Source of the DNA: Macrostomum lignano | Taxonomy: Eukaryota | NCBI GenBank assembly: GCA_002269645.1 | Contig: NIVC01003481.1 | Location: 1-64,000 of the forward strand | DNA: 64,000 nucleotides | Reading direction: 5' to 3' | Part shown: positions 61,382 through 64,000 of the stretch, in pieces | How the letters are laid out: each line of letters begins with the position of its first letter | How positions within the stretch are numbered: position 1 is the stretch's first letter | Translations under genes and position numbers: made by a program | Notes under the pieces: model-generated | The model's input: the letters and a program-made list of their open reading frames with translations, nothing else | What the model was told of the DNA's origin: nothing | The model's database searches: none

Positions 61382-64000
61382 TAAAGGGCTCCAGAACAAA
61401 TTGATGGGCAAACGGATGACACACTGCACAGAGACTTGTTGGGACATATTAAAAACAGCTTATTTTAGAATGGGTACACTTTACTAAAGTAGAATGCTCC
61501 TACAGAAAGCTGCAAGCAAACTAGCATCTTCTGGAGCTGACATGCAGAGAAGAATGATTTTGTCGTCCTTGAAATCACTAAATAGATATGCGAAATCGAT
61601 CTTTTGCTAATCCCACCACAGGTTCCAGTGAAAAGAAGAAACGAAACCCATTGACTAAATTGGCAGTCGACTCAATCGATGCCGACTGCAACGGACCTGT
61701 CAGCTTCGAACTCAGGAGAGCAGCTAATAGTCTACGAGAGTAATGCTAGATGCCAGAATGCTTCACAGCATCAAAGTCTTAAGCAGAAGCTTCAATGAAA
61801 GGTTAGTTCATGCTGTGGCTGCATTCGTTTTCGTGTCTAGAAGCGTTATAACTTTTTGTACTTTTAACTCTCAGATCGGTCTTAGCAGATTCTATAGCTA
61901 TGCATGCAAGGGCCCCTCAGAGGAGATGCTTAAACACTGCAGTGCATTTTTCCTAGCAATTATTGGGACACGAAGTGTTGGGCCACTGTGTGTGTGTCTA
62001 GTTTTTTCCGCATTTGTTAAGTCACCTAAAGAACTCAATTAATAAAGGGCTCCAGAACAAATTGATGGGCAAACGGATGACACACTGCACAGAGACTTGT
62101 TGGGACATATTAAAAACAGCTTATTTTAGAATGGGTACACTTTACTAAAGTAGAATGCTCCTACAGAAAGCTGCAAGCAAACTAGCATCTTCTGGAGCTG
62201 ACATGCAGAGAAGAATGATTTTGTCGTCCTTGAAATCACTAAATAGATATGCGAAATCGATCTTTTGCTAATCCCACCACAGGTTCCAGTGAAAAGAAGA
62301 AACGAAACCCATTGACTAAATTGGCAGTCGACTCAATCGATGCCGACTGCAACGGACCTGTCAGCTTCGAACTCAGGAGAGCAGCTAATAGTCTACGAGA
62401 GTAATGCTAGATGCCAGAATGCTTCACAGCATCAAAGTCTTAAGCAGAAGCTTCAATGAAAGGTTAGTTCATGCTGTGGCTGCATTCGTTTTCGTGTCTA
62501 GAAGCGTTATAACTTTTTGTACTTTTAACTCTCAGATCGGGTCTTAGCAGATTCTATAGCTATGCATGCAAGGGCCCCTCAGAGGAGATGCTTAAACACT
62601 GCAGTGCATTTTTCCTAGCAATTATTGGGACACGAAGTGTTGGGCCACTGTGTGTGTGTCTAGTTTTTTCCGCATTTGTTAAGTCACCTAAAGAACTCAA
62701 TTAATAAAGGGCTCCAGAACAAATTGATGGGCAAACGGATGACACACTGCACAGAGACTTGTTGGGACATATTAAAAACAGCTTATTTTAGAATGGGTAC
62801 ACTTTACTAAAGTAGAATGCTCCTACAGAAAGCTGCAAGCAAACTAGCATCTTCTGGAGCTGACATGCAGAGAAGAATGATTTTGTCGTCCTTGAAATCA
62901 CTAAATAGATATGCGAAATCGATCTTTTGCTAATCCCACCACAGGTTCCAGTGAAAAGAAGAAACGAAACCCATTGACTAAATTGGCAGTCGACTCAATC
63001 GATGCCGACTGCAACGGACCTGTCAGCTTCGAACTCAGGAGAGCAGCTAATAGTCTACGAGAGTAATGCTAGATGCCAGAATGCTTCACAGCATCAAAGT
63101 CTTAAGCAGAAGCTTCAATGAAAGGTTAGTTCATGCTGTGGCTGCATTCGTTTTCGTGTCTAGAAGCGTTATAACTTTTTGTACTTTTAACTCTCAGATC
63201 GGGTCTTAGCAGATTCTATAGCTATGCATGCAAGGGCCCCTCAGAGGAGATGCTTAAACACTGCAGTGCATTTTTCCTAGCAATTATTGGGACACGAAGT
63301 GTTGGGCCACTGTGTGTGTGTCTAGTTTTTTCCGCATTTGTTAAGTCACCTAAAGAACTCAATTAATAAAGGGCTCCAGAACAAATTGATGGGCAAACGG
63401 ATGACACACTGCACAGAGACTTGTTGGGACATATTAAAAACAGCTTATTTTAGAATGGGTACACTTTACTAAAGTAGAATGCTCCTACAGAAAGCTGCAA
63501 GCAAACTAGCATCTTCTGGAGCTGACATGCAGAGAAGAATGATTTTGTCGTCCTTGAAATCACTAAATAGATATGCGAAATCGATCTTTTGCTAATCCCA
63601 CCACAGGTTCCAGTGAAAAGAAGAAACGAAACCCATTGACTAAATTGGCAGTCGACTCAATCGATGCCGACTGCAACGGACCTGTCAGCTTCGAACTCAG
63701 GAGAGCAGCTAATAGTCTACGAGAGTAATGCTAGATGCCAGAATGCTTCACAGCATCAAAGTCTTAAGCAGAAGCTTCAATGAAAGGTTAGTTCATGCTG
63801 TGGCTGCATTCGTTTTCGTGTCTAGAAGCGTTATAACTTTTTGTACTTTTAACTCTCAGATCGGGTCTTAGCAGATTCTATAGCTATGCATGCAAGGGCC
63901 CCTCAGAGGAGATGCTTAAACACTGCAGTGCATTTTTCCTAGCAATTATTGGGACACGAAGTGTTGGGCCACTGTGTGTGTGTCTAGTTTTTTCCGCATT
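61190..64000. repeat. 662-bp tandem repeat, about 4.25 near-identical copies, continuing beyond the window
   Basis: Marker gcccctcaga recurs at 61251, 61912, 62574, 63236, 63898 (spacing 661, 662, 662, 662). Confidence 0.97.

Overview
Eukaryotic (metazoan) genomic DNA; no prokaryotic features. The style (GC-rich exons, introns filled with minisatellites) resembles a flatworm such as Macrostomum, but that is inference only. Almost all ORF-track entries are translations of tandem repeats. Supported content: (1) a minus-strand MRL-family (MIG-10/RIAM/lamellipodin) RA-PH adaptor gene with 9 phase-consistent exons, 14545 to 3843, plus a weak candidate last exon at 594-643; (2) upstream on the same strand, five phase-consistent exons (56141 to 28502) of a DCC/neogenin/frazzled/UNC-40-like receptor (three Ig domains plus the start of an FN3), whose remaining exons I cannot find before the assembly gap at 23775-24125; (3) a full-length, nearly intact LOA-like non-LTR retrotransposon (49852-55234) with a 13-bp TSD, TAATG-coupled ORF1/ORF2, APE-RT-RNase H-CCHC and one frameshift in a C run; (4) two copies of a tRNA-headed SINE with a CORE-like domain; (5) about 45 distinct micro/minisatellite arrays, an inverted minisatellite pair (foldback-like) and a 662-bp near-identical tandem array running off the right end, which may have amplified the end of a small spliced plus-strand gene. 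Exon boundaries were read by hand from splice sites and codon phase; repeat boundaries are approximate.
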